Program-made: the position numbers and the translations under genes | Source: Adineta vaga | Taxonomy: Eukaryota > Animalia > Rotifera | Direction: 5' to 3' | Length of the DNA: 64,000 nt | Assembly: GCA_021613535.1 (NCBI GenBank) | Contig: CP075492.1 | Coordinates: forward strand, 14,570,001 to 14,634,000 | The notes under the pieces: model-generated | The model's database searches: none | What the model was told of the DNA's origin: nothing | Seen by the model: only the letters and a program-made list of their open reading frames with translations | Shown here: positions 48,867 to 61,554 of the stretch, piece by piece | Position numbering within the stretch: position 1 is the stretch's first letter | How the letters are laid out: each line of letters begins with the position of its first letter

Positions 48867-51800
48867 ATGAATATTTTGCTATTACGTGATATAAACAATG
48901 ATCATGACGAACTGATTAAAACGTTGAAAACATTTGAAAAGCCAGTCGTGATCTTAAATGATATGCAATTGTGTATATCTTTTTTATCGAATTCTAGCCA
49001 TCAGATCAATAATCGGCAATCAATTCTTATTGTTCTTAACCGAGTGGGTCGACAGATAGTACCGGAAATACACTCATTGGTTAACTTATCATTTATCGTT
49101 ATATTTTGTACAAAAAAAGATAACAAAATTAAATGGACTGGTAAATATAATAAGGTTGAATTACTTTAGATTATCAGAATAATAGATTAATTAGTGTTAT
49201 CGATATTTTTAGATCAAAGGTATCTACATAAATTCAGAAGAACTTGTAAAATGTGTGCGACATCTAATGAAAAAGTCTAATCTCGTAAGGTGATAATTGA
49301 TTTTAAACGAAAATGAATCTTTCTTTGTTTAACTGGACAGCTTAGATCATATCCATGTCAACTAGTGTTTCTCGATGAACATCTAAATGAGATGATGCGT
49401 CAGCAACTTTATCGACTTGATTCTTCATTGATCGTATTTAAACGAATTCATCTATGTCTTGACTATATTCTATCTGCTGCACAAGAACGCTTCTTAATAT
49501 TGATCACTGTCAATGCGTTAGGTCGTCAAATAGTACCTGAAATTCATGACAATAATCAATTGAAAGCAGTTTTTATTTTTTGTAATATGAACTCTGAAAA
49601 AATCAAGTGGACCACGAAGTATAATAAAGTAAGAGTCTTCATTATTAGTGTTTTAAAATACATCAAACGACGCCCTTATAGATAAAAGTTGTAACAAATG
49701 ATATTGCTGAATTAATTCAATGTGTACGAAACGAAGGTTTTTATCACAGTACAGTACGTATTAAGTCATAATTGTTTGATAGATCACCACAAGATTCATA
49801 TTTTAGTTACCTTGGCATCTAGTTTGTCTTGACGATCGTTGTGATGAACTACTTCGAGATCGTATGCATGAACTTGATCCATGCGTTCAAACATTCAATC
49901 AATTTAGTATTTGCGAGAGATATTTGACTTCTTTTCATAAAGATACGAATGCAAAAAAATCGATTTTATTCATTACAACCAATAGAATCGGAAGGCAATT
50001 TATACCGGAAATTCACACAAATAATAAAATTCAAGCTTTTTATATATTTATTCCTTCCGATTCAGCACATGATAGAAGAACAAGATGGACGAAAAAATAT
50101 AATAAGGTAATATATTTTTCGAGTTCTTAATAGGATTTTCATATGAAACTTTATTTTATGTAGATAAAATGTGTGTGTACTGATCTTGATCAATTAGTTA
50201 CATATATAAAGCAAGATACAAATGAATATCTAGTGAATAATATTGATGGTATGTATAGTCTTCGTTGGCATTAAATAAGATGTACATTGAATATTAACCA
50301 TGATATGGATAAGAAAACTAAACAAACTTTTCGCAATCGCTCTTTTTACTTTCTATTTAGTCCATCAAAGTGTTTCTCATGTTCCAACAACTACTTCTGA
50401 AATCGGTAATGAAATTATCATGCATATCGCTTGAAACGAAAAAAATGTTAGAATATATCTCTTTCAGTTATACAAATTTTCTTTTTATTAGTGTATCTAG
50501 TAATATTTATGTATAATTATTCTCTTTTCAGGAGCCATTCACTCAAATGAATGGACGAACAACGACTGTATCCAATTTTATCACCCTGTAAACATTGATG
50601 TGTTGGAAAACGCAGATTATGACAAATCGACGATCATATTATGCAAAACATCGAGTGCTTTTCTGAAATTTTCTGATATCCCGGACTGTATGAATTATCT
50701 TGATGTAATACACGATCAGAAATTTACATTAGTTGCATCTGAAGCTATTGTAGAAAAAATTATACCATCTGTTCATGAACGTCAGGAACTTGATTCAATC
50801 TACGTATTTCCTGGGACAGAAAAAACAGCTCGTTCAGAACGGATAAAAGGTTACAGAAAAATCCGGAGAGAATTCGATGATATTGAGTCAATTTTTACGG
50901 ATATGAAGCAAAGTTTCTATCAATCGAATGAAGATTTAGTACCTATTAGTTTCGTCTCTACTTCGGATAATTCATTGCTCGAAGTCGATTTACATCGGCT
51001 CGATCCATCATTTATGTATACACAATTATTAAAAGAGATCCTATTGAATATGGATTATGATGAAACAGCCATCGGAGATTTTTCTCGCTACTGTCGGGAA
51101 CGATTTCCTGATGATTCAACTCATCTAAGAAGAATCGAGAAATTCGAACGTGAATATTACACTCAGTCTCCAATTTACTGGTATACCGGAGATGTTGGTA
51201 TTTATTCCATTTTGAATCGCGCTCTAAGAACATTAGATGTGGAAGCAAGTATTAAAATGGGATTTTTTATTCGTGATCTCCATCGTCAAATCGAGCAGTT
51301 GTATAACGAACAACGTAATGGATACGGTATACAACCATTTACCGTTTATCGTGGTCAAGGCTTATCCATAACTGACTTCAATCAGCTATGTAAAACCAGA
51401 GGTGGTCTTATATCGTTCAACAATTTTTTATCAACCAGTAAGAATCGAGAGATTTCTCTATTTTTTGCTGAAAGTAATCAGTTCAACCCAGATCTGGTTG
51501 GTGTTAATTTTGTCTTACAAATTAATCCAACTATTTCATCAACACCATTTGCCTCCATCGAAGAGACCAGTTATTTTGAAGTGGAAAGTGAAGTTTTGTT
51601 TGCAATGCACAGTGTATTTCGGATAGTTCATATTCAATCGATGGGAGAAAGGGATAAATTATACAGTGTGGAACTTACTTTAACTTCTGAAAACGATCCA
51701 CAACTTCAAGAACTTACAGAACGTATTTCAGATAGCATTCAAGGTGGTACAGGACTTCAACGATTAGGCGCTCTCATGATTGAAATGGGACAATACAACA

Positions 51801-52549
51801 AGGCTATAGAAATCTACCAAAACTTGCTCAATGCGACGCAATCATATGAAGATGAAGCAGGAGTTTCCTCAGTATACAATCAACTAGGTGCTGTCTATAA
51901 TCGAATTGGCGATTTTGATCAAGCTTTAAATTATTACAAGAAATCATTGACAATGAAAAATAAGTTTCTATTTTCCAATGATCCTTCTTTGTCTCCTATT
52001 TACAGCAATATTGGAAGTGTTTTGAGAAACCAAAACCAGCTAGATGAAGCTTTGAAATACATGACACGAGCGCTTAATATTGAACGTGAAGCTTCTCCTC
52101 CTAACGAGCTGAGACTTGCCTCCTATCATAACAATATTGGTCTCGTATTCATGGATAAAGGTCGATACAGCGAAGCCTTATCAAACTATGAACAAGCGCT
52201 CGAAATTCAGCAGAGATGCTTACCATCTAATCATCCAGAACTAGCTACATTGTATAATAATATAGGCACCATTTACAATGAATGGAAAGAATACAGTAAA
52301 GCCTTGTCTTATTATGAACGATCTCTTGAAATAATGCAGAAATCACTACCATCTGGTCATCCCGATCTGGCTACAGCATACAACAATATCGGTTCCCTTT
52401 ATAATGAACTTTATGACTACGAAAAAGCTTTATTATTTTATGAAAGAGCTCTTAATATAATGCAACGTTCGTTACCTGCTAATCATCCATCATTGCTTGA
52501 CGTTTATCGTAATCTTGTATTGACCCATTCTTTTTTGTCCAGTTCGTAA
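48867..52549 (+). CDS. ART-TPR protein with four tandem receiver-like N-terminal domains; 8 exons
   Basis: Exons 48867-49154, 49213-49284, 49341-49628, 49682-49753, 49807-50106, 50164-50248, 50361-50405, 50532-52549 are all GT-AG and in frame. Repeats GRQ(I/F)(V/I)PEIH...WTxKYNK|IK; ART motifs VYRG, FLSTS, ESEVLF; 6 TPRs. Confidence 0.85.
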
Positions 52550-53233
52550 AACTATTGAATATACTTCAATGACTATTTCAGAATAACCGTCGTGAATACT
52601 AGCACATCGTTAAACGATCTAAGTTCTAGTTTTCAAATGATTTTCAGAAATCTTCCAACAACAGTGGTTTTTTATTATTTGTTCTATTGTTATGTTTTTA
52701 TTCTAGATATTAATGCTCTCAAGGAAAAATCTATAGACACCGATTGCCTTCGGTATCACACCAGTTCATATCTCGACTCGGCTTAATACTTTTTTTAACG
52801 GTACGGTACTTTTAAAACTTGACAATTATTTTGTTAACATTATTTTAAGACAAAAAACTAAGGCCGAGCCAAGGAGAAAATAGTTCATATAAGGATATCA
52901 AGATTTTGTTGATTTCACTTTCTCTCGAGAATTTCCAATAATACTAAAACTTCTATTGTCTTAACTCGATTGGATGCGCCTCAACAACAAGTTTTTTTTT
53001 CCGAACTAACTATGTTTTCCTTGAGTTTGTATAATTTTGCGGATTACATTATAGATGATGCTAATATCTAAGAATGAGCTGTGGTATATTCGGCATAAAT
53101 ATATTGTTAGAGTGATGTATTTATAACCATGTTCTGTGAAGTTATACACAGTTCGCAATGACCCTTCCATTGAAATGATGACATAATTAACAGCTATGCT
53201 CGTTTTAGAAAACTCGATAGACTACTATTTACT

Positions 53234-56200
53234 ATGGGGAACGTAGAATGTTTGGGTGCAAAATCAAACCAAAGAAGACAACAGAAAAATATCATAAATC
53301 AACAAATACTTGATAAATACAGTTTTATTTGGCTCGACGATGAACAAAAAAGGAATTCGGTAGTGAAATATTGCCTAAAACGATTTACTCAACAATTAAT
53401 TCGATTTCATGACAGTAACCTGTGTGAAACATTTATCAGAGAAAGATCAAATTATCATTTTGGTTTGGTTGTTTGCCATAAACTTGGAAATATTTTAGTA
53501 CCAGAAATCGATGATTTAGTACAATTAGATTTCGTCGTTATTTATAATTTCTCATCAACGCATGTGTATACATCATGGATGAAAGAATGTAAAAAAGTAT
53601 TTAACATTTTCTACATTCAATTATTCAAAACTTCTGATTGTCCTTCTACATTAAGATCATTTATGACGTATGTGTTGATGTTGATCAATTGGAATATTCT
53701 ATCAAACAATTTATTCAGTCATTGACACTGGTATGAATATATATATTTGTATTTTAAATATTTACGATAAGCAAAAAACAAAAGTTGTGAAATAGTTTCT
53801 TCAACCATAAGAGGTATATTATAGATTCTTTGTATTATTACTGCATACGTTGTAATTCCCTATTCTGATAACAATAACATGTGATTTCTAGTCTGTGAGA
53901 TTTACATAAATACTTTAGGGTGTCTTTTGTCTTTTATCTTATGATATATATATATATATATATTTAGTGTGAGCCTGAAAGCCCTGCAGACGGCAATAAA
54001 AGCACTAGAGGCATAGTTCCAGGTATCTCTAACAATCAGCGACCATCTGAAACAAAATCAACCACTAATCCAGTTCTAGATGACTCCGAGCCGATGTATT
54101 ATCTGATATGGCTCGACACCAATGCTAATAATGATAAAATAACCAAAAAAGAATTACAATCAGTCATAAGGTGTCCACTTGTGATATTCGATGACGTGGA
54201 TGAATGCGAAAAATATGTTTTTAACAATTCACACGCACGATTCATATTCATCATTTCATATGAACTTGGGTCTGTTATAGTACCAAAAATTACATCTCTT
54301 AAACAGAATGTTAGTATTTTGGTTTACTCAACAAGTAGTATCTCTAGTAATCGACCTTGGACTGATGACTATTTTACGGTATGAAGATTTACTTATCACA
54401 ATAATTCAATATATACTCATTTTATAGGACGGTCGAACAGTTATAACGGATTTGACAACATTGAAAACTATAGTTCGGTATGAATTCAATAAATATGGTT
54501 TAGAAACTGATGTAAGTCTATACACCCATAGAGCACTTCGTGCTAGAAATTAAGTTAGAAAGGAAGTTTGATTTTGATTGATTTACTTCGATACAGCAAT
54601 TTTGATTTTAGGATGAGTATAGCGGAAGAATTATTACTACTAAGAGAGAGAGAGAGATCTTTTGTAGAAACCAATTGTAAAATATTATTTATTTAACTAT
54701 TGATTTTCAGGATTGCAACAATCCAGATAATGAAATAATTATGGACGTATTTAATCGAAAAGAAATGACAACTAAGAACTTAAAAATGGAAAAAGGCAAT
54801 TTTCTTTGGTTCAGACTATTTGTTGAGGCTCTCATTAATATGGAAGGACACAAAAGAGCACATCACGATTTATTAGAAATATTGAATAAAAACTATCCTT
54901 ATTCGAATTTTGTCCAGGAATTTTCGAAAAGTTACGCTCCGGACAAAGTCATTGAATGGTTAGTACGTAAGGATTCATGTTTAATCGGTGCACTAAATAA
55001 AGCTTTGCGACAACAACAACTAAGTCACTTATTTCATTTTCGATGTCTTATCAATGATATTTATCAACAACTCAAAACAGAGCATTGTAAAGAAACTGGA
55101 AATAAAAATCAAATTATCAAGGTATATCGAAGTCATACTGTATCCGAATTTGAGCTAAAAAAGTTTCAAGAAGCAAACGCAGGTGAGCTTATAGCTATTA
55201 ATAGTTTTATGACAGCTTGGAATGATCGAACAAAAGCAATTAATTTTCTTAAACAACAACGACAGTTTGGGCTCAAGCGTATTCTCTTCGAAATTAAAAT
55301 AGATTACAGGCGAAAATCTGGTCCCTTTGCTCATATAAATGTGGAAAATCAACAACTAACACTATTTATGCTCGGATGTATATTTCGTATTCAATCTATT
55401 TTACCAGATTCTATCCTCGATCATCACATACTTAAATTAGAATTATGTGCTGATGACGATTCAGATCTGCAGACCATATTCGATTATATGACAAAAGATT
55501 TCGTTCAGCCGGTGACAGATTTAATTACATTGGGTAATTTATTGTGCAGAATGGATGAATTAGATAAAGCTCGGCAATTTTTCGAATTGATCTTAACCGA
55601 ATTAGAAGTGAACGACCCAAATCGTGCATGTTGTTTTGATGGATTGGGAAATATTGAATATGATCAGGGTAGATATAAACAAGCATTAGAGCATCATGAA
55701 CAAGCACTTCAGCTTCGTCAGAATCGCGAGTTATTTCCGTCCAATTTTTCACTTATCGCTCTAAGTCACACTCACATTGCTAATGATTATAAAGGTCTAG
55801 GAAAGTATGATCTAGCATTATCAAATGTCGAAGCAGCGCGAAATCTTTTAAAGCAACGAAACTTGCCAGAAGATCGAATCAAAGAAGCCGCTTGTCACAT
55901 TATCATAGGATCTATTCTATTCGAACAAGAGAAATGCATTGAAGCATGTGATGAATTTCAAGAAGCATTGAAAATTTATCAACAACAAAAGATACCAAAA
56001 GATCATATTGATTTAGCGTTAATATATCAAAGCATGGCTCTTTGTCATCTTAATACAGAAACTAGGATTCATAACGCGAACTTAGCACTTCATTTCTGTA
56101 TTGAAGCGTTCCTAATTCGAGTGAATGCATTACCGAACAATCATCCCAGTATGGCTATTACCTATCGAGCAATGGGTTTAGCATACGAACAGTTGGACGA

Positions 56201-56315
56201 ATATCAGCTTGCATTAGAATATTTTCAAAAAAACCTTTCAGTTCATCGAGCATTAAACAAAAGTTCGAGCAAATTGGAAAATGCAGAAGCAGATATAAAA
56301 CGAATACAAAAGTAA
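53234..56315 (+). CDS. Two receiver-like domains + degenerate (pseudo-)ART + TPR; 5 exons
   Basis: Exons 53234-53596, 53656-53730, 53968-54378, 54428-54511, 54711-56315 in frame. FIWLDD and LIWLD domains. ART positions read VYRS, FMTAW and NQQLTLF (no STS, no ExE). N-terminus MGNVEC. Confidence 0.8.
53945..53963. repeat. (TA)n microsatellite in intron
   Basis: tatatatatatatatatat immediately before the acceptor at 53967. Confidence 0.75.
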
Positions 56316-56439
56316 ATATCGTTTACAAAACAGATTTTCAAGTAATTTTAATTTCAATTTAATTAGAAATCTTATCAATAGATCATCTCGGTCCGTTCGT
56401 CAATTTAGATCAGTAAGAATATATTGTGATCGAAATAAT

Positions 56440-57513
56440 ATGGTTTCGAAGGGTGATACTTTTTAGCAAAAATCTCACAGAGATATTGTTTCTCAAACAG
56501 GATCCGAGCCGAAAACTACAACGGAATCAACAAAATTTTATTTCAAGGATATTTTAACACAGGAGTTCACTCGACGTATTATTTTGCTCGGACGCTCAGA
56601 TATAGGTAAGATTGATTTGTGCATTATACATATTGATTGATAAGAAATAAATTTTCGTACTGTATGCACATGACTCGAGCTACAAATGTTCGAAGACAAT
56701 TTCTTGAAAGCATAATATCAATCAATTGTTTTATAGAAATTTTGAGAAAACTTGCTTAAGAATAGGCCGTAGTACTCGACGAATCTTGTTTCACTGATTA
56801 TCAAGTGTTTTTCTTAGTAGAATTTTGGAAATCAATCAGATAGTTAATTTATTTCTAAACTAGGTTTGTCGTTGTTTTTTTTAGTGAAAAGTTCATTTGG
56901 AAACATATTACTTGCTCAAGAAAATCTTTTTACAACGAATAAAAGTTTGTCTGTGACAACCAGTAAACATACGTCGGGTTGTGAAGCTGGTTTTCGCGAT
57001 TTCCATGGGAAAATGTTAATGATTGTAGATACACCCAGTCTAGATGTTCAAAATGATTTCACTTATACTTTATACGGCGAAATAGCGGAATCACTTGAAT
57101 TGACTGCACCTGGTCCTCATGCTTTTCTATTCGTACTAGAATTTACTCCTGATTTACCAGTTTCTGAAGAAGATGATCAACAACTTAGCAAGGCACTCGT
57201 TCAAATATTTGGACTGGATGTTTTCAAATACATGGTATTTGTATTTACTAACTTAGAAAAACTTCAAGATGCTCAAATCTCAATTGAAGTCTATAAGAAA
57301 AACTACTGTAGTCGAACGTTTATTGAAATGATGGACAAATGTAGAAATAGGATCATACCAATCAATAGTCGAACTCCAGCTCATGCAAGAGATCCTAAAT
57401 TTGCTGAGATCATTCTTATAATCGATAGAATGCTTAAAGATAATGATGGAAAAGAATATTCATATAAATCACCTTTTCAACAGCAAACAATGGTATTCCA
57501 AGCATACGAGTAA
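56440..57513 (+). CDS. AIG1/GIMAP-family protein with degenerate G motifs; 3 exons (56440-56452, 56501-56605, 56885-57513)
   Basis: IILLGRSDI(V)KSSFGN, with the intron at the same P-loop position as the first GIMAP; SVT, VDTPSLD, PGPHAFLFV, VFTNLE, KCRNR. Confidence 0.8.
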
Positions 57514-57928
57514 AATAATTTTAATTGGATCCTATCTAATAGAGCACAAATAAACAATTTCATATTCCTATATTGTTATTTTCTTACGCTAAACAATATC
57601 TCTTGCTTAGGTTAAACATAAAGTCAGTTTTTGGCCATTTTTGTTACTCTTCTCGTTGAAAGCACTGAGTTCTATCGAATTTCTAAATCAAGTCAGTACA
57701 ATAATAAACTCTTTTTTTCTAAATGGCGATTTGATATCATGGTTAGACAAAATTGCTATATGAGAAACACGGCTGATTTGAAAATAAGAAAGAAATTTTG
57801 AGAAGAATGTAGAGTTAAGTAGAATTTGACTTTATATAAGCAAGTTCTGCATTTTGAACTACACACACTCGCAGCGAGAAATTCTGGTTAATTTTCATCG
57901 TTTTTTATGTAGGGAACAAAATTCGACA

Positions 57929-60900
57929 ATGAATCCTTCTGAAATATCATTAGAACAAAAATCGCACAGATTTGATAGTTCCAATAGGAACAACGTCAAT
58001 AACAATACTTTTAGTCAAAGTAAATCGGTAAGATACAAATGTCATTGCTTTTGGTTAATATATATTGTGCTACAGCTAGAATTCCCTTACGTTCAATGAC
58101 TCAAGCGTTTTCTCGAAGTATAGAATATACTCATACCGTTTTATTTAAATGATACATTACTATTTAATCTTCTCATACCGAAAATCGATAATACAATGAA
58201 TTACATAGCTCTTGCACTTCGAAATGTGGACATAAATGAAAATATGACTTGAAGGAAGTATTAGTATCTTACATTCAGGTTTATAGGTCCTTTTATTTAA
58301 TGACATTATCTTTACTTCTCATTGAAAGAGATCTTCGCAGAACAGTTATAATTTCACGAAATGATCAAAGGAGATAATTGATAAAGTAAAAGAGGACTTC
58401 CTTGCTTTTCGGTCATGTTTCACTACAAAATACAGCTGAAAAATACTTCCAAAGAACGTGACATGCTTCTCCTATGCAGATTACTAGCTGTATTTTGAAT
58501 GAAGGGTTGACAGGGCAGGATGAAAACGTTATGCTGTGCTCGCCTCTAACCCGCACCCTCACGTTTCGTTTCGAAGTGAAATTTAAACTACCAGCTCTAA
58601 TAAATGTATGGGTAGAAACCGTAATACGAAATCTACTGCGGATTTTTCCAAAATAAAACACACTGGTCTTTCCCATTCTTTCATAGGTGGACGTTACTGC
58701 ATTGTTTTTATCGTTCTCTTTTTGTCGACTTCTGAGATTTTTTCCTTTCTGTTCTTTCATATATCTATAGCTGTGTTCGCTTTTATACTCTTATCGCTTC
58801 TATTCATTCAATTCTCTCTCTTCTTCTTCTTCACATTGAGTAAACCGGCTTTACGTTTATCGTTCATAAATCGTTGTAGTAACTTATCGCAGAACTAAAG
58901 TTCGAGAACGACAGTTATTCATTTCCATGCACATACGCTGCTCTTGACGACAACAACCATCTCATTGAGTTTAAAATGTTTCCAAAATATAGAAAAGTAT
59001 GTCTCTATGATTCTAATAAAAATATCTGAAAGTTGACTATTGTATTTATATTTCTTCAATTTACTCTGTATTTCAGCATTATTTTTCAAAGGAAAAAGTC
59101 GATACGGAACCACCAACTTCTATTCTGCGTAATGACATAGTTGGCATCTGTTTGCAGCCATACAAGCATAATTCAGCATCTCCTCAACAGAGTGAATTAT
59201 CTCATATATCTATATGCTTTTTTCATTTTTCTTTATACAGATGTAACTACGAATATGCCAGTGCATTTGAATCTGATCTCAAAAAACGTTTCGGATATTT
59301 TTATTGCATGTATTGGTACAGATTCTTCACCAGATCTATTGGGCCTACCATACGAAATGAAATCATTTAATGACGAATTTGACTGCATCAAAAATGTATT
59401 ATCTATGACGAATAAATATATTTATTTTATTGCTTCGCATACAATAGGCAAATATATTATTCCATTAATTTATCAACATCGATGTGTAGAACACATTTAT
59501 ATCCATTGTTCAAGTGATAATCATTTAGATCTCTCATGGATTGCTCAATTTCCAAAGATAAAGTATCATTCGACTGATTATAGTACACTTCTTTCCAAAG
59601 TATATGAAGACATTCATTTGCTCTTGTTACAGTCAAATCTATGGTCCAATAAAGAACTAATCGACAGATGTTATACTCAAACTTTAGTCAAATCGTCAAC
59701 TTGGCCATCGATTTCGTTAGATTTAATAAATACAGAAAAATGTTTACTTACGAAAAGACAAATTTCTCTAGTTATTTTACATTGTGATAAACATGCATTA
59801 TTTCATATCGATAGTGAACGTTACCCAGTGCATCAATTTTATGATGGAAGCAAGTGTATAGAATACCTACATACTACAAGTCTGAAATCTGTCTTTTTAA
59901 TCATTTCTGGGAATGCCACAGATGTTATATACCATGCTGCTAAACTGACAATACTAAAAGAACTATATGCAGTTTACTTGTTTGCACCATTCGTTTATCA
60001 ACCAGAGTCGAATGATATCCTAACCAAGTACAGAGAAATTGGCCGAGTATTCGATAATCTGGAATATCTACTTACATGTATATCGAATGATATAGAATTC
60101 TATTTAGAACAACCGATTTATATACCAACAGCATTGATATTCGATTCACATGTTGATGATATGTCTCTTACTGTTACTCAAAAAAAGTTTAGTGCATTTC
60201 AATTGTTTAGAAATATGTTATCAGAGATGCCGTCATCAATAAATCGTACACAGAATTTATACGATCGATGCTTCACTTTGACGAAAGAAAAATCCGACGC
60301 TGAAAAAACTATAGAGATTTTGAAAACGGAGAAAGATCAACTTTTCGAATGGTTCATCGATGCTCCATTTTTGTCAGTTATCATGAATAGCTTTCTACAA
60401 GAACCTTTTCCTCAAAATATATTCAACATACAGCCGTTAATTACAACTATCAATCACCGTTTTGATCAGTCTGTCTCAACAACTTCATTTTTACTCGTCT
60501 ATCGAGTGCAATTGCTCAGCGAACTAGACTTACAGACATTACAGAATAATTTGAATCATTGGATATCTTTTCATGGATATATTTTGACTACTAAAGATCT
60601 CTTAACTGTTAGAACAATAGCACGTCAAGCTGTTAATCGTGGATTATCAGCTGTTATATTTCAAATTGAAATTTCTTCGCATATCCACGTTTTGGAACTG
60701 AGCAATAACCGACTGATGTTCCGATTTGGAACAATATTTCGAATTCAAAATATTACTTTAGGGCTGGATTTAGTCTGGTATGCTCAATTGATGTATGCTG
60801 ATTCTGATTTTCAACCAGTTCAAGAACAATTACAACTTGAAGTTGGTGAAAAATTAACATGGTTAACACTGGGCAATTATTTTTGCACTATGAATTGCGT

Positions 60901-61309
60901 TAATGAGGCAAAATATTACTATGATTATCTACTTAACACATTGTCTAAAGATGATAAAGCACTTGCATCAATTTATAACAATATGGGATTGGTATGTGCA
61001 TCCCTTGGTAATGATGATATTGCTGAGAAATACTTTAATGAAGCTGTTAAACGTTTAAATGGGAATCCTACAGGTACCAATCATATCTCGAAAGAACCTT
61101 TCTCTATGCCATTATTTCAGCCAGATGAAATCACGATAACTGTTGATGGTTGCATACTATATGATAAAATGGCTGAACTATATATTCATCAGCGAAATTA
61201 TAAGCAAGCTATTGAATGTTATCGAAAAGCACTAGAAGCAGCAACTGATCGTATGTTGTGTGTATACTATGAACAAAAGATTAAAAGTATTTTACCATTG
61301 TCGCAATAA
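57929..61309 (+). CDS. Two receiver-like domains + degenerate ART + TPR; main exon 59241-61309, tentative 5' exons 57929-58019 and 58076-58117
   Basis: Two alpha/beta repeats (IYFIAS...IYIHC; VFLIISG...VYLF). ART positions read VYRV, YILTTK and NNRLMFRFGTIFRI (no ExE). TPRs such as IYNNMG. The 5' exons are inferred from splice phase only. Confidence 0.75.
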
Positions 61310-61554
61310 GTTATCTTTTATCGAATCTTCTTAATCCCGTTTTTCATTTAGTTGATTACGTTCTTTATCATTTTTCTGACACTATTTTCTTTTTTTTATA
61401 TGCATGAATACTATAATCGAAGAAAAGAACTCTCCTCGGCGGATCCTTTGACCTCGCTAAAACTTTATTTTGCTTTTTTTAGATATTGAAAAGAATGCTA
61501 CGTTCTAAGAGTCAAGTAAATAAAATAGCAACTCAATATGCAACTGCTGCTTGG

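Noticed and set aside
58400-58900. Lys-rich and hydrophobic ORFs in the presumed long intron
   Set aside because: Low-complexity, mutually antisense ORFs; possibly a repeat remnant, but no TIRs or motifs found.
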